64,000 nucleotides of DNA from Botryllus schlosseri (Eukaryota). Positions 50,501 through 64,000 of the stretch are shown here, one piece after another. The notes under the pieces are model-generated. The model saw only the letters and a list, made by a program, of their open reading frames with translations. It did no database searches and had not been told where the DNA came from. The translations under genes and the position numbers were made by a program. The stretch is from NCBI GenBank assembly GCA_051294905.1, contig CM119382.1:21762001-21826000 (forward strand), given 5' to 3'. The first letter of the stretch is position 1. Every line of letters begins with the position of its first letter.

Positions 50501-52833
50501 ACTTACTCATGTAGATCTGAATTTCACTACTTCTACTTCTGCTTCATAATATTTTGTGATCTACTTACTTACTTTTCGCTATTTTCAGTTTGTCAAGTAG
50601 AAGTAGTTTAATCCTCCAATCAGGAAAAAAGCCTGAGAAATTGCGGGGCTGTTTTCACGGACTATAGACATTTAATTTTCATAATAGCTGAGTTAAGCAC
50701 AGAATGTTCGTCGCGCTTCGAGCGCAGTGACTGCGGAGTATCCAGTATGATTTCACGAAAGTATCGGTGAATATAATTTCCGTAGCGGGTTGGCGTGGTT
50801 CCGTTCACACCGCATTGTCGCCCTTCGCCATATCAAATATTTTATCACAGTATATATGACTCATCATAACGTTTGAAACTGATGTTTCGCAATCTAGCAT
50901 TTACTTATCATACCGTAATCTAGCTGTTCATGGCGTGTCCTAATCTGGAAAAGTGGACTCTGACTTTTTAGTTTTAGAGCTGTTTTAGCATACCAACCTT
51001 CGAAACTTTCTGGACTCAAAGACATTAAATACATGTTCAGTTTTTAGATTTATATTTCACTTTCAATTCCCAGTACCATATATTTTGATTTCTAATTAAT
51101 ATCAGTTCTTTTGTCTGGATAACGTACATCTTGAAGTATAAAAACAACTATAGTAATGCCTTCAATTTCCAGAACTAAAGCTATACAATATAGCATTTTT
51201 ACGGTGCACCATATTTTTTTATTAACGTTTACTAATCGCACAAAGTGTTTACACCGCATCCAACACAACATCTCCGTATTGCTCTTCGACTAAACTACAG
51301 GCCTTATAATATGGGGCGAGTGCGCAATACCATGATATTTTCCAAAACGTGCTGTTTGAGTAAACAGAGGATTAGCATCGCATTTCCATATCAATACTAA
51401 TATTTTCATCCCATGATGCGGACGAATGCATATGCTGTCGAAAATTGGATATCTGCTGGTATGCATTAATATGAATCATGCTCGTCACCTTTCGCATGGT
51501 TCAATTTGCACCTTTTTATAACCCATGTGAACGAATTAGGATCGTTTTCACAACTGCTTAATACTTGAGTACTTTTAAAGTCAGTTAATTCTACTTCTAC
51601 TTCAAGTAGTTTTAGGTTGCTCATGGAAGAAGTACTTCTACTCGTACTTGAGTAGATTTTTTCGTCGTTACTTCTACTTCTACTTGAGTAGCTTTCTTGA
51701 CTACTTTGACCACCTCTGGTATATAGCCCTAATGACTGGTATCCTGGGTTCGTGCTATCTTGCGTGTGTACAGTTCAATTTTCAGTAGATCAGTGTATGT
51801 TTCTATGTATAGAAATTTTTGACGCATCTGTTGAACTGTCAGTGACGCCGAAATTTTGATCCAAATAAAAATGGTGGGCAAATTGAAAATGTATAGAACA
51901 TCTCATATGCTCGACATACCTATAGATACCTGGGCTATGCAAGTGGGTGCGTGGTTTTCCCAGCGATTTCCAGGCATGCATCTTGTTGAACGACTCCCTT
52001 TCAATCGGTCTGATGGGTTCTTGCACGAAAAACGGCAAAGTCTCCATTGTAAGCTAGTAGTAGTGCCACATGATGATGGTGAGATGCGAACTTCGGATGG
52101 CACATCCATAGGTGGACATACATTTTGGGCTGAAATTGGAATGAATGTGATATTCAACTTTTTGTCTTTGAAACCTAACTCGTGGTATGGAAGACCTAGT
52201 CAGGTGCCAAATATATCAGCCAGCTGTCAATATCGAGATAAGGAAGATAAGAAATCGTAACAAAACTGTGGAAATTTCAACTCATACAAACATATCACAG
52301 GAGGTTTCAACTTACGAAGGCATTGCGGTGGCTTGCCGGACCAGCCAGTTTCACCGCAAGTAACGCGCCACTGTCCTAATCGTTTGTAGCCACTCCTGCA
52401 CGTGTAGAAACACACTTTCCCTATTGATACGCTCTGAACCAGGGAACAAGAGGACCTCGGTATCACTCCGCCGTGCGGGATAAGTTCCAAAGACGAGCAA
52501 GTCTGGCCAGTCTCTGAAATCGTTTGCGTTTTTAGTAATGGTGGTCAGATTACAGAAGCATCGTTTTAAAGACTTACACGACCGATGATAGAAGATATGT
52601 GCTAGCATATTGCACCACTTGAGCGTGACATTCAGTTCTACAGGTCACAAAAACTGTCTAGACCAGTGGTTCCCAACGTGGGCGATATCGCCCCCCAGGG
52701 GGCGATTTGGCGATCTAGGGGGGCGAAAATGACGAAGGGGGCGACAGGGGGGCGAAAATGGACAAAGGGGGCGACGGGGGGCGAAAATAGCGAAGGGGGC
52801 GATAGGGGGGCGATGACGCGTAAAAACGGCTGA

Positions 52834-52864
<31 letters not shown>

Positions 52865-55800
52865 GTCATCCACCTAGCAAATGCGGAGCGAAAAAACGTT
52901 ATTTTCAGCTGCGAGCGGTGAAAGATGACCTTTTATTTTTTTTTTTTTTAGTCAACCCGCCGGTGATTGCAGTCTGTATGCCCAATTATCGGTGCACAAA
53001 ATTTGGGGGGCGATGATCGGTGTGGACCTTGAGAAGGGGGCGATGGGTCGAAAAAGGTTGGGAACCACTGGTCTAGACCAAAATAAGTCATTTGTGCTTC
53101 ATTCGATTTCACTAATATTGTCATTTTTGAATATTGGTATGAAATGCGCGACGAAACAAGTCAACAAAAGGCATTTAAATAGCATCAATGAGTTTTCAAA
53201 CAGGGTTATGTATGTGACCAGTATTTTCAAACCTTTTTCAGTTCGCGACTTACTTGTTACCACAGTCTCACTGTGCGACCCACAATGAGATATGAAAAAT
53301 ACGTATGAGAACATAATTCAACACACAATGCGTCACATGAGAAACGAGTAGGGCTGGGAACAAGGACTCGAGTACTCGAATCTAAATCGAGTATTAATTT
53401 TAATGATTCGAGTCGAGTAGTAAATGACGATTTTTTCGAGTACTGAAACTATACGCTCCTCACCACTGAAAGTTATTTTATAAACAAGAAATATATATAT
53501 ATACTATAGTTTCAATACTCTTTACCAATGTGGAGGCCTTGAAACCTTGATTAGCCGTATCGTACATAGTAGCCTACATACTACAAAGTTACCTACGTGA
53601 CTGGAAATATCACATTTCTAAAGTCATGATCATCCCAAAACATTGTCACATAGTACAATGAGATCGGTATGGTCGAGAAAATATTAAAGTATCTTTAATG
53701 TGATGGATAAGAGGCATTATATTCTTTGTGGTGGCATGAAAGGTACATATTTGAACTTCGACATATTACATTCTGTTATGACGTCATAATGAGTAATACT
53801 CGAATATGCGACTCGAAGCATAATGCGTAGTTCAGAATCGAATCACCCGAGTACTCGATTTTGCCCAGCCCTATTAACGAGTTAAATTAGATACCGACAC
53901 GTGACATTGCGTGATAATTTGAACACACGAGTGTATCGAGCAGACATGAATTAATACACGTAACGGATGATTACAAACGGGAAAGCGCTCATCCCGTCCT
54001 TAATTAGTATTTTGCGTCTAACACAACGGGCTACTGAGTATAGCTTGCGTCGCGGAAACTGTTCGCTCATTATAGCTCCAAATCGGGCTGGATTGCTGTA
54101 TTTCCCGATCAACGTACGCGAAACTTCTTGGGGAAGTAATGAATTCCGATTCTCAGGTATAGACAATAACACAATGTCCAGATGCGCGCTCCAATGAAAA
54201 TGACTGCTACGAAAATATGGCTCACGAATTTATTGAGAGCACCAGAACGTGGTTTGCGGCGCTCACGGGCGCAAATCAATTTAATTTAGAGGAGGAGAAC
54301 GTGTATTTGATCGTCTAATCGCGAGGAGAGAAAGTGTTTCGCATATTGCATCGGGGAGACTGTAACATAGCTACATTATTCGCGACCGCCCTGAGATAGC
54401 TTTGCGACCTACCGGCTGGGAAGCACTGATGTAAAACATGTAGCCTTATATAGGGCCCACACGCTTGTGCATGTTAACACTTACTAACACGGATGCTTTG
54501 TGTACGATCAATAGTTGTAATTGACAACTGAGATATTGAAGCAGTGCTCAACCCAGTACACTCATGGCCAGGCCGTGTTATTTTTGGCATTTCAGGAGCC
54601 AGATGCCAAAACTGCCAAAAATAAAAATTTGAAAATGCCAAAAATAAACAATTTTTGGCATATGCCAAGAATAACACGGCCCGCCAAATAGTGCATTTCG
54701 TTAATGGTGTTGTGTTAACAGGACCGCTTTACAAGCGAGAAGAGCGTTTGTGAAAGGCAGGTTTCTTAATCTGGGTCCAGCCCACCCATTAGGGGTGAAA
54801 GCATGGTGTCCTAAATGGTGTGGGTACAGCGAGATTGAACGGCTGACTGCATTTGGTTTACGTTATACTTATTATATTCTGCTCATGGAACTGGAACCCC
54901 CAAAATCAACCGCGATTTTTGCATCGCGATCGAGTTGAACATGGTGACGCAACAAACTGTCTGGCTATTTCTGAGCTGCATAGTCTCGTTTTGCCAGACA
55001 GTCTTGTTGCGTCAATGTTATTAAACAATCTAACCGTCCCAGGACTCTTCCATGCGAGTTGGTAATATTAAAGCCACCTGAAGTGACAAAAGTCCTCCGA
55101 AAATATATCGGTATACTGAAGGAGAAATGATAGTCGGGCTACTAAATAGAATGTGTTGAGAGACAACACAGGGAACTCCTGGAAAAGGATCGGGAAGAAA
55201 ATTCTTTCCGCGATGAGATCGATGGCACTGGCGAAGTGATCTCTTTTCATGATGCATGGAAGCCGGTTCGGCCCTCCAACGATTTTGAAGCTCTGAAAAC
55301 CTCTTGTGGATGACTGGCAACATTCTTTCCCTCAGCGGCTATACTGTTGAAGTCGATATTTCCCAGATTCGCTGGGCGAGAAATGAATTTAAGTCTATTC
55401 AACAGCTGTAACAATCAGCTGTTGAGCGTGTTTGTTAGGCTTTTCTTTCTTTTTTTTTGCTCATTGGCACTGATTCCGGTGGATACTGCACATTTTGTGG
55501 TTTTGTTTGATATTATTAACCTATATGAAATCGTTAGGTTTTTTCTTCTTATTGTTCGTTGGCACTGATTATACGTGGATGCTGCACATTTTGTGGTGTC
55601 TTTTGACAAACTAGCCCAAATAAAGCGTTTTTGTGACTAATTCGAGGCTGAAACTATCTATTTAGAGGACGATGCCAAAACTGCCAAAAATAAAAATCGA
55701 AAAATGCCAAAAATAAGTTATTTTTGGCAGTTTTGGCATATGCCAAAAATAACACGGCCTGCTCATGGCTAAGACTGTGCAGTGTGCATTCGCATCCCAA

Positions 55801-58800
55801 AGGTGTTACACGAAATGACAACCTAACTCACAGTAATAGCGCGGTTAAGAATCCTTCGTGACTGCATGTAGGCTATGCCTTTCTACGTCCTGCGTGCAAG
55901 CATCATTCGGATTAAAATGTTTTGTTTGATTTATACTGTGGTGTATGTCTGAGGTGAGTTCTGGACTCGTGTACCACGAGTGTGTATTTACAACCGTAAA
56001 TCACGGCACGTACATGGGTGAAAAGTCACAGTTCTACCGCTAAGAGTGTAGGGCTTCGTGTAAGGAGGCATATAGGGCATCGTTAGTACTTTCTTTAATA
56101 TACTTTGCGATGTTGGCAGAGTACTGGTTAATGTGAGTCATTTCACGCTTTAAACGGTACACGACTCATATTAGATTTAGCAGTACGGAGTTACAATGGT
56201 CGAAATGAATGCACTCACGAATGCAGCTTTTCCCGTCTTTTGCGAGCACTTTATTGCCGTAACAAGAACATCGAAAACCAGGTTGCATGTTATGGCAACG
56301 GGATTGACATCCGCCGTTTCTTACTCGGCATTCATCCACGTCTAAAACGGGAAATTGTGATCTATCCGGTTACTCAATACATATCCATTGATATTAAGTT
56401 TCATAAGAACGTGATTATTACGGAAATGAAGAGAGAGAACTATAACGCCTCTCCAACATAGGCTTGTCGGTACAACGAATCTTGAGTTGATCTCGGGCAT
56501 CAGCATATTTATGCTGGATCAATCGGACAGTGACTTGCGGGTGGAGTACGAACATATGATGCTAGAAATCTGCCATATTGTTAAGTAACAGAGCTTTTGA
56601 TAATGTCGGCAGGTCTCAATTGTTTTCTCGGACATGGTTATTAGAAAGTTGTGATACTCCAGTATGCATATTCTACTACCGTAAAATAGTAACATATACT
56701 ATTGAATTAAAAGATCCGGAACCGATTATTAATAAATAAAAATGCCACCGAAAACTACATGATTATTAAAACTAAATGGATGAATATAAGAACTATGCGT
56801 CGACAATCCTAGAACTATAGTTACCTACGCATTTCGTTGGGTTTACTTGACTGTTTTCTAATCCTTTCATGCATACACAAGAGTAACTTCCGTCAGAGTT
56901 TCTGCACTCGTTCCCCGTTCCGCAAATGTCAGGCTGCGCGAGACATTCGTCTTCATCTGGATATAACCTTCACGAGGTCAGCGTCCTTTCGACGAAAGCG
57001 TAAGTTATTTCATGTTCTCACCGATGCAGGTACGCCCGTCGAAGTCTAGTATATATCCGATCGGACATACGCATAGAACACTGCCTGGAGTATTGACGCA
57101 TCGATGAGAGCAACCATAATTACTATCTTCGCACTCATCCACATCTATAAAGATCAAATGGAAGACTAGATAGCGTAATGGCGAAGCGTCCGGCTTCTTG
57201 ATCGGTAGGTCGTGGGTTCGTACCCCGACCGGGTCAGACCAAAGACATGAATAGTAATACTGATACCCATGAAGTCCCCGCTTAGCACTACCGGGATGGC
57301 ATTTAGGGGTGGTGCAATACTTAAAAAGCCTTACAATGCTATTTCTGAACCTTCGTTGTCCAGTGGCATATGCACATTATGGACTCACGGTATGTAGGTG
57401 CAGATTGCGCACATATCGTGTGTAGGCCTATGTCATATCATGACGTGGTGTATAAATAATCGGTGTCCTATCCCAGTCTATTAGCAGACATTTCCATAGC
57501 TCCTGCACTCACCTACCGTAAGTTCCTTTTGGAACGGAATTTGAATGTTGAAACGCAAATTACGTTCATATTGGAACATTTTTAGTCGCTCTAAGGAACG
57601 GATACTCAACTAATGTTAGCAAAGAAGACTGAATTTCCCTTCGATCTGCTGGTTGGAGTCTCACCGACTTTATTCGGTCGGATATACTTCAGGTAATAGA
57701 AGATTAGTTCGTCTCTCCCGGCTGGCAGCCAAATCCCGGACACCATGTCTGGGGGTATTCGGACTGTGTTTCCACTCATTGATCTACATCATATCTGGGA
57801 CCACTTCAGACAGTTTTTGTCACTATAGCGTACTGTGCGAACATACTCAAGAGCGTCGAGGTGACAACGAAGTTCGAACGTGCCCAGGCAGAGTGACCGA
57901 GTGGCAATACAGTCCTAATCTATCCCAGACATAATGTTATCCTACCGCTGGCATACAATATCTATCTACGAAGCAATCGGTAGCTGCATCCGGTTAATCA
58001 ATCGTGAATCACGTGTTAAGTCCTTTGTTCTATTCGGCTGTCATTATATAGTACTTAGTTCAGCACCTTATTCTCCCATTTCTATGGTATTGTCTTACCT
58101 GTACAAGGAATCCCCAAACGCGGGTTACCACCGTATCCCGGAATACATGTGCATTGGTCAATTGAAATTGCCCCAATACTTTCGGTTCTAGAGTTACCAG
58201 GGCATGCAGTGCATTCAACGTCCTCCAGATAATAATTCATACGACAACCTGAAGTAATCGTTGAATAGCATCATGAATATTATGAATAGACATGAGAAGA
58301 TTAACTGGTTCAAACCTAAACAGGACAAGCCGTCTTCGGACGATATTTGATCCGGTGGGCATACGCAGTTGTAGCTGCCAACTGTGTTCAAGCAACCATA
58401 TGAGCATTGCGAGACATATTCACATTCGTCAACGTCTGATCATTTCAAAACATGCCAAGTTAGACAAATGTAATTGGTGCTATTGAATTGCGCACCTGAG
58501 CAAGATTGTCCGTCCGCTTTTAAAGTATAGCCCTCGTGACAAGAACAGAAATAGGACCCCGCGGTGTTGTTGCACACATGCGCGCAGTTTCCCAAACCGC
58601 CATGCTCTGCACATTCGTCTTCGTCTGAAAAAAATAACAGCAGCCAAAGTAAGTTTGTGGCTCCGAGACAAGGGGTATCCGGAAGAAATCTAATCGGTCG
58701 CATTTAATATGGTGGATAATCTATAGGTCGATGTTATTTCTCTTTAGGGGGACACCCATCGATGTCTGATTAAGCAGTGCCGCACCAAGCGCCATGATCT

Positions 58801-61206
58801 GAAGTTTTTTTTACAGCAATCTGAAGATATCTTAGTGAATTAAACCGCCAGTTCACCTAGCAATGTTCCACATGATGATTGCAGTAGGCAGAGGTGATCA
58901 GTAACGAAGTAGGCTACTTCTACGTTTTCCGAGTACGCAAATAAATTTTGCATTATTGCGCTACTTCTTCAAGGTCTTCATTTTGCACTTCTACTTTCGG
59001 CATGCCTTAAAATTGCTACTTGTGGTTGAGTAAAGGATTACTTATATTACTTCTGCTCGATTAGAAACGCAGACTACTTTTACTACATCTGAAAGTAACC
59101 CGGCTACACCGACCAGTCAATTTACATAATTCGAATTCAGGATTGATACGTTTAATTGGATCAGTGGCTCTCACACTTTTTCAGACACGCCCCTTTTAAG
59201 ATAGTGAAAAATTTCGCGCCCCCTTATCTTTATATCACAAAATCCAACCAGAATGCTTGCAATCCCAACTGATAGTTTGATGGGATGGAAATGTCTGCTG
59301 TTGATGAGAGAATTGTCAAATATGAAATCAGGACTATACACAGAGTAACAACTATGTATCGGAAGAGAAATCGCGCGGAGCGCGAAAAATATTCCAATTT
59401 GACCGTAGCTTCACCCCTCCTTCTGATACATTCACGCCCCAAAGGAGAACGCTCCCCAGTTTGCGAACCACTGCCTTGGAAAATAAATCACAAAATATCG
59501 TTATATTGTGAGACACAACGATGAAGCTTGACCGATAGCGTGAACGAAGTGATTTCATACCAAAACACCCGGTGCCATTTCTCGGGGCGTATCCGGGCAT
59601 GCAGACTTCAAGACAGGCGCGCCCGTCCTCGCCAAGTCGAAAATTTGGCTGGCAGGCGCAGCGATAGCTGCCTATCGTGTTCTGGCAGAGATGATCACAC
59701 GGCCTGCTACTTGATGAAGCACATTCGTCTGCATCTGTAATTTGGAATACGGTACGACCTTCTAATAAAAATATCACCGATTCTCTGAAAAAGGCAATTT
59801 TACCGATACATTTGCTTGGGTCTCGGTCCGATACAACGTATCCACTTTGGCAAGAACATTCGTATGATCCTGGAAGATTTCTGCATCCGTGCTCACATTC
59901 GATAGTCTGGCATTCATCGATGTCTTCAATTAATTGCGAAAACCGTGAAATGAAATATAATAAAGCATGACACTGGTGCATTGTGAAACATAAGGAAATC
60001 TATGAGTAATAAATTGACTGCAAAGCGCCTGCATAATCGTAATGGAAGAGAGCAGCAATTGCAAACAACAATTCCCTCGTAGGCTATACTAACAGCAAAT
60101 GTGCGTCGCAGTATGGAGCAAATGCAGTCATGAATGGCACAACCACCCAATATTACCGGCTCTCGTAACTGGAGATCGATGGAATAAAGATGATCAACAC
60201 ATAGGCTACTATTCTTCGTCTTCCTGATGCAGGTAAACTCTATCAGTCTATGACCAAGTGACAAGATATTGCCATAACAATGATTAATTCAGCAGTCTGC
60301 TGGGATGGACCTCCCAGATATAGTGACTTAACTTGCCGACGTCAGTATTTACAAACAACTTGCTCATACCTACCGACACAATCGTTTTTTCGATACATCA
60401 GAAACCCAGATCGACACGAACATCTATGACCCCCTTCAAAATTGATACACGTGTGAGCGCATCCTCCATTGTTTTTCTCGCATTCATTTACATCTAGAGC
60501 AATAGAATCGCAATGAGGTATTCTTGAGGCATGCTGTCTTACTGAAAATTTAATAAAAAATACAATTGACCGTGAAGCAAGCATGAAGTTGTTTATTGAT
60601 AGAAGGAAGACACATTGATATTGTTAAACAATCCGTTTAACTTCAATTACAATGTTCAGTGAGATCAGTGTGCCACCAACTTTTGGGTTACCATATTTTG
60701 GAAATCTGGAAAACGGACACTTTTTCAGAATTTTCAGACTTGCAAAACCGGAGGAAAATCCAGAAAATGGGTAAATCTTTCTTTCACATTATCAGGTGGT
60801 TGACTAAAAAAATGAAAGGTCAACGTTCTCGCTCAATGCCCAAAATATAGTTTTTCTTTCACGTTATCACGTGGGTGACTAAAAAAAGGTCAACTTTCTT
60901 GCTCAGTGCCCAAAATACAGAAATACAGTTTTTCTTCCACATTATCAGGTGGTTGACCTAGAAAATGGTCAACTTGTCGGCTGAGCTCCTGAAATACTCG
61001 CCGGAGCGCGTTACTTCGGTGCTGATTTACGGTATGTCAGTCGAATTTGGCCGTAAATTTGACAAAAGGACGTCCTCCGAGGACACTTTCAAAAAAGTCA
61101 AAAAAGAGAACAAATCCTCTTAAAAGAGGACGTATGGTAACCCTAACCAACTTACCTACACATACATCTTGCTGCTTCATATATCCTTTTTCGCACTTGA
61201 CAATCT
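44596..61206 (-). CDS. 3' part of an extracellular cbEGF-sushi-ephrin-receptor-like (SCUBE-like) protein. Exons in transcript order: 61156-61206, 60374-60493, 59804-59923, 59561-59734, 58496-58624, 56219-56341, 52316-52513, 51920-52129 (donor tentative), 45438-45644, 44596-45146
   Basis: Five D.(D/N)EC calcium-binding EGF exons, three sushi/CCP exons, a Ser/Thr-rich linker and a C..G.Y....C..C..G.YQ...GQ..C ephrin-receptor-like repeat. All exons GT-AG and phase 1-1. The 5' end was not found in the window. Confidence 0.85.
46520..47408. mobile_element. hAT-type MITE, family A
   Basis: CAGTGTTGGGAT...ATCCCAACACTG; exact TSD ATCTAGAG. Confidence 0.92.
47581..49654. mobile_element. hAT-type non-autonomous element, 2074 bp
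   Basis: CATAGGCGCCGA...TCGGCGACTATG (1 mismatch); exact TSD GCTTATAC. Confidence 0.8.
50425..51718. mobile_element. hAT-type non-autonomous element, 1294 bp (TACTTC subterminal repeats)
   Basis: CAGAGGTGGTCA...TGACCACCTCTG; exact TSD GTATATAG. Related fragments near 43740-43980 and 58890-59110. Confidence 0.9.
52664..53070. mobile_element. hAT-type MITE with GGGGGCGA array
   Basis: CAGTGGTTCCCAAC...GTTGGGAACCACTG; exact TSD GTCTAGAC. Confidence 0.92.
53349..53873. mobile_element. hAT-type MITE (older)
   Basis: TAGGGCTGGG...CCCAGCCCTA; degenerate TSD GAAACGAG/TTAACGAG. Confidence 0.7.
54569..55761. mobile_element. hAT-type non-autonomous element, 1193 bp (TGCCAAAA subterminal repeats)
   Basis: CAGGCCGTGTTATTTTTGGCA...TGCCAAAAATAACACGGCCTG; exact TSD CTCATGGC. 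Confidence 0.92.
57168..57330 (+). mobile_element. tRNA-derived SINE (approximate ends)
   Basis: Box A TAGCGTAATGG, box B GGGTTCGTACC, then a non-tRNA tail; same family as 1-55. Confidence 0.7.
60775..60990. repeat. Minisatellite, 3 x about 75 bp, within a probable MITE
   Basis: TTTCAC.TTATCA.GTGG.TGAC...GGTCAAC recurs three times. Confidence 0.7.
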
Positions 61207-62869
61207 CTGCAAATTTAAGTTCACATTGTAAGAAAAAGCCAGAGTAGCACAGTGGCCAGCTGGTGACACCACTGTTCTCTGCAAGCAGAAGCTTCGTCTT
61301 TTGTCTCTTATGTCTGTCTTCCAAGAACAAAACCGCTGGGTGGGAAAACCGGGGCCGGTTCCAAGCCGTGGTCAAAATGTGTGTATGTGTGCAGCTTGCT
61401 AGAGTAAACCCGACTATTGAGCACGTATCCGATGTGTTAATCCTCTCCCTTACATCGTATGCCAATGAATTCGTCGGCGTAATTGGTAATCATTGCCAAC
61501 CAACATCTTCATCACTACAAACGCGACCGCTGACGTAGACATTTTAGAAGAGAAGAATCATAGTTGTGAATCCGACTATTCGGAGGCATGCCCTTACAAT
61601 TCCCGGACGGTCAGCTTGCGTGGCACACTAAAGTAAGGCCGGGCAACGTTTTCGCTCTCGCCTGATTCCGGTTAACTTGACGTGATTGTGGCTTTGAATA
61701 TAAAATTTAGTTCAGTATGCGTGACTATTCAATGTTTCCAATCGCGAGCTGCCGACATCGAGTACCCGGGTGCTTTGCTTACGAGTCTATTTTATTAACC
61801 GTCGAGTCGCGTATTTTAGTATCCGTCATGCTCTCGTCATGCCTAATATGGGAAATTAGAAAAGCTGAAATATGTACCGCTTATTCGACCACAAATACCA
61901 TAAGTGAAATATGACCAGTCCAACCATATAAGAAATAATCGCGCATGGGTCTACAGTAAATACCAGAGTTTGATCGCTACGTCACGGAAATTCGTGAGTG
62001 TCCGTTTGCATCGTGTTTTCAATGCTGTGATATGGCAGAGCAGAGGTTTAAAGGTCTCTATGGTGTGAGAGAGAGTATCGAAAAGATTTTCCTCCTTGAT
62101 AAAATTATTCCTTACCATCATAGACGTATAAATCAATAAGTCAAAAGTATTGACTGTCACTTTCAAACTTCATTAAAAAAAGTACTCGGCTCGTATTCCC
62201 GAGCTCGAATCACTTTTCCCAGCCAAGTACCACGGACATAAATCACTAACCTGACCTCACCAACCAATAAAAATTGGATTTTTCAACAAGGATTAAAAAT
62301 TCCCAATTTACTGGTTAATCTTTGGTGTTTATAAAACAGTGACTCTTACACTTTTGCCTTGTTTGAACCATTTTTCAAGTCACTAAGCAGCTCTTGCTCG
62401 CCTCTAGCTAACTACGGAAAAGTATGTTTTACTCAAGAGGGATACGATTGTTGATATACGATGTTGTTTTGAATTCTCTACTAGTTGCTGACCATCACCT
62501 CTGACGAGTGTCAGCCGAAAATATCCGGGTCCATTTCAATAGTCAATTATATATTGAAGTTCCGTACCTCCAAGAAGCTGTTCAAGAGTATGCGTAATTG
62601 TGTATAGCGCAATTATTGTTCCAAGTGAAAGAGAGGCAAGATAAGTGGGTTGGCATTTTTATTTAATACTGGATTTTCTTTAACTGAGATCCAGTTGTTC
62701 ACTCTAGCACACCCGAAGCACACTGCAAAATGGGCATAGTGGTTGTTCGATTTTTATTAATGTTTCAACTCAAGAAAGTTACTTAAAACAGTTCAGTGCT
62801 AGTGAAGAGAATACATTCAAAGCCCGCTGCGTATTGCTCGGATTTCAAAGCTGTAACTTGTACTTTATT

Positions 62870-63240
62870 TGCAGCTGGATCGGAATTTTGGAGTATGACT
62901 GGAGTCCAACTGGAGGCGGAGTGGCGTTTTTGATGGGTACGAATGTGACCAGTCAAAATTTTACTGAATTGTCTCTTGGAATTCATGTACGTTCAATTGC
63001 TCATTGTTTAATCCAGTTCTTGCAGTTCCCTACAACAAAGGTAACGGTAAGATTTCATCGAATTAGTGTTTGTTTGTGCAGTCTCTTACTGAGTTCTCAG
63101 GACCTATCGGAGTTTCTCGGACCTTTATCATGCCAAGTAAAAAATCTGCTACTGGAGTTGGATAAGATTGAAAGTATTTTTGAAGCAGGGAGCAGGACTA
63201 CAAACGAATATTTCGGAGAATTCACCTATCCGCCCTGCAC
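62870..63240 (+). mobile_element. Degraded LINE apurinic-type endonuclease fragment
   Basis: YDWSPTGGGVAFL resembles the DR...GGGVA motif and FGEFTYP resembles GDFN.P of CR1/L2-type endonucleases. Confidence 0.5.
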
Positions 63241-63750
63241 TCCTGATTAAGCTATTTTTTGTCAGTTCGTAAGCTTATAACAACGTGACTAAAAAGGAGT
63301 GGTAATCTAGTTTGAGCGCTCCCATTCGGTAGCCTTTCAAAAAAAATCAGCCTTTTCGTACCCCCAAACAGAGCATTCCTAACCCAGGTTTAAAATTGCT
63401 GCTGTTGGAGAGGCTTAATGCATACCACGACAGTTTAGCATACACTAAAAGCTACCCTACTTACTTTTGCATTGAGGTACTGTTCCTTTCCATTGCCCAT
63501 TCCTCATGCAGTAGCTTTGACTGTCGCCTCCAACCAACGATAGTCCTCTTAAGCAATGATATTTAACAAAGTACATCGCTTCGCCTTCATAATCTCTTGG
63601 TAACGCGTGCGTTCTGCGGAAATTTAGAACTTCACCGTAAAAATAGCATAATGGGAAGAAGTGTTATGTTTGGAATTATGCTTGCATGTTTAAGTATTAT
63701 TGTAGAAATGTGGAACTAATTGCATATAGTACAGTGATTTCCAAACAACT

Positions 63751-63990
63751 GGCGAGATAGCGCAGTGGTATAACCCGCGGCTGCAACACCAATGGGTGCG
63801 GGTTCGAGTCCGACCGAGGTTGACTTCCGAATTCCGATACTTAAGTGTTGGAGGTTTACCTAGGCTCCTCCTCGCCACCTTATCCGCGTCAGCGGTGTCT
63901 TACAAAAGCCTAGAGGTGGGCCGTGCTATAAGTCGGCAGTTACGGAGAAATAAGAAGAATATCGGCCTGGTGTAAATGACCATAGTAGTC
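63751..63990 (+). mobile_element. tRNA-derived SINE (approximate ends)
   Basis: Box A TAGCGCAGTGG, box B GGGTTCGAGTCC; no acceptor-stem pairing; long tail. Confidence 0.65.
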
Positions 63991-64000
63991 GACAAACACC

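Noticed and set aside
52645-52869. Poly-Lys ORF
   Set aside because: Translation of a poly-T tract and GGGGGCGA array inside a MITE.
57168-57250. Functional tRNA genes (also 21320-21400 and 63751-63825)
   Set aside because: A and B boxes are present but acceptor stems do not pair and long non-tRNA tails follow, which fits SINE heads.
57560-57934. Kringle-like or retroelement exon on the minus strand
   Set aside because: Only a CLKWS fragment, interrupted by stops, with no matching splice sites.

Overview
Metazoan genomic DNA (spliced genes, SINEs, many MITEs; a marine invertebrate such as an ascidian is plausible but not proven). The ORF track's TTG/GTG starts are mostly artefacts. The key structure is a 14,665-bp element at 3692-18356 that begins AGTAGT, ends ACTACT and is flanked by an exact 6-bp target-site duplication (AGCATT). 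These are the terminal hallmarks of Maverick/Polinton elements. Almost the whole element is one palindrome: arms of about 6.55 kb (3692-10247 and 11796-18356, roughly 99.5% identical by eye) around a 1.55-kb loop. I see no pPolB, integrase, ATPase, protease or capsid gene. The only recognisable cargo is an intronless three-BIR inhibitor-of-apoptosis gene, present once per arm. The element splits a decayed uronyl/heparan-2-O-sulfotransferase-like coding sequence whose halves rejoin across the empty site. I interpret it (inference) as a non-autonomous copy-back (snap-back) derivative of a Polinton-like element that carries an anti-apoptotic gene. The rest of the window holds a beta-1,3-glycosyltransferase terminal exon, a disrupted paralog of it, a complete six-exon PPT2 gene, the 3' part of a cbEGF/sushi/ephrin-like (SCUBE-like) gene, about nine hAT-type non-autonomous elements with 8-bp TSDs, a long-TIR foldback element, SINEs and LINE remnants. 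All alignments and counts were done by eye.
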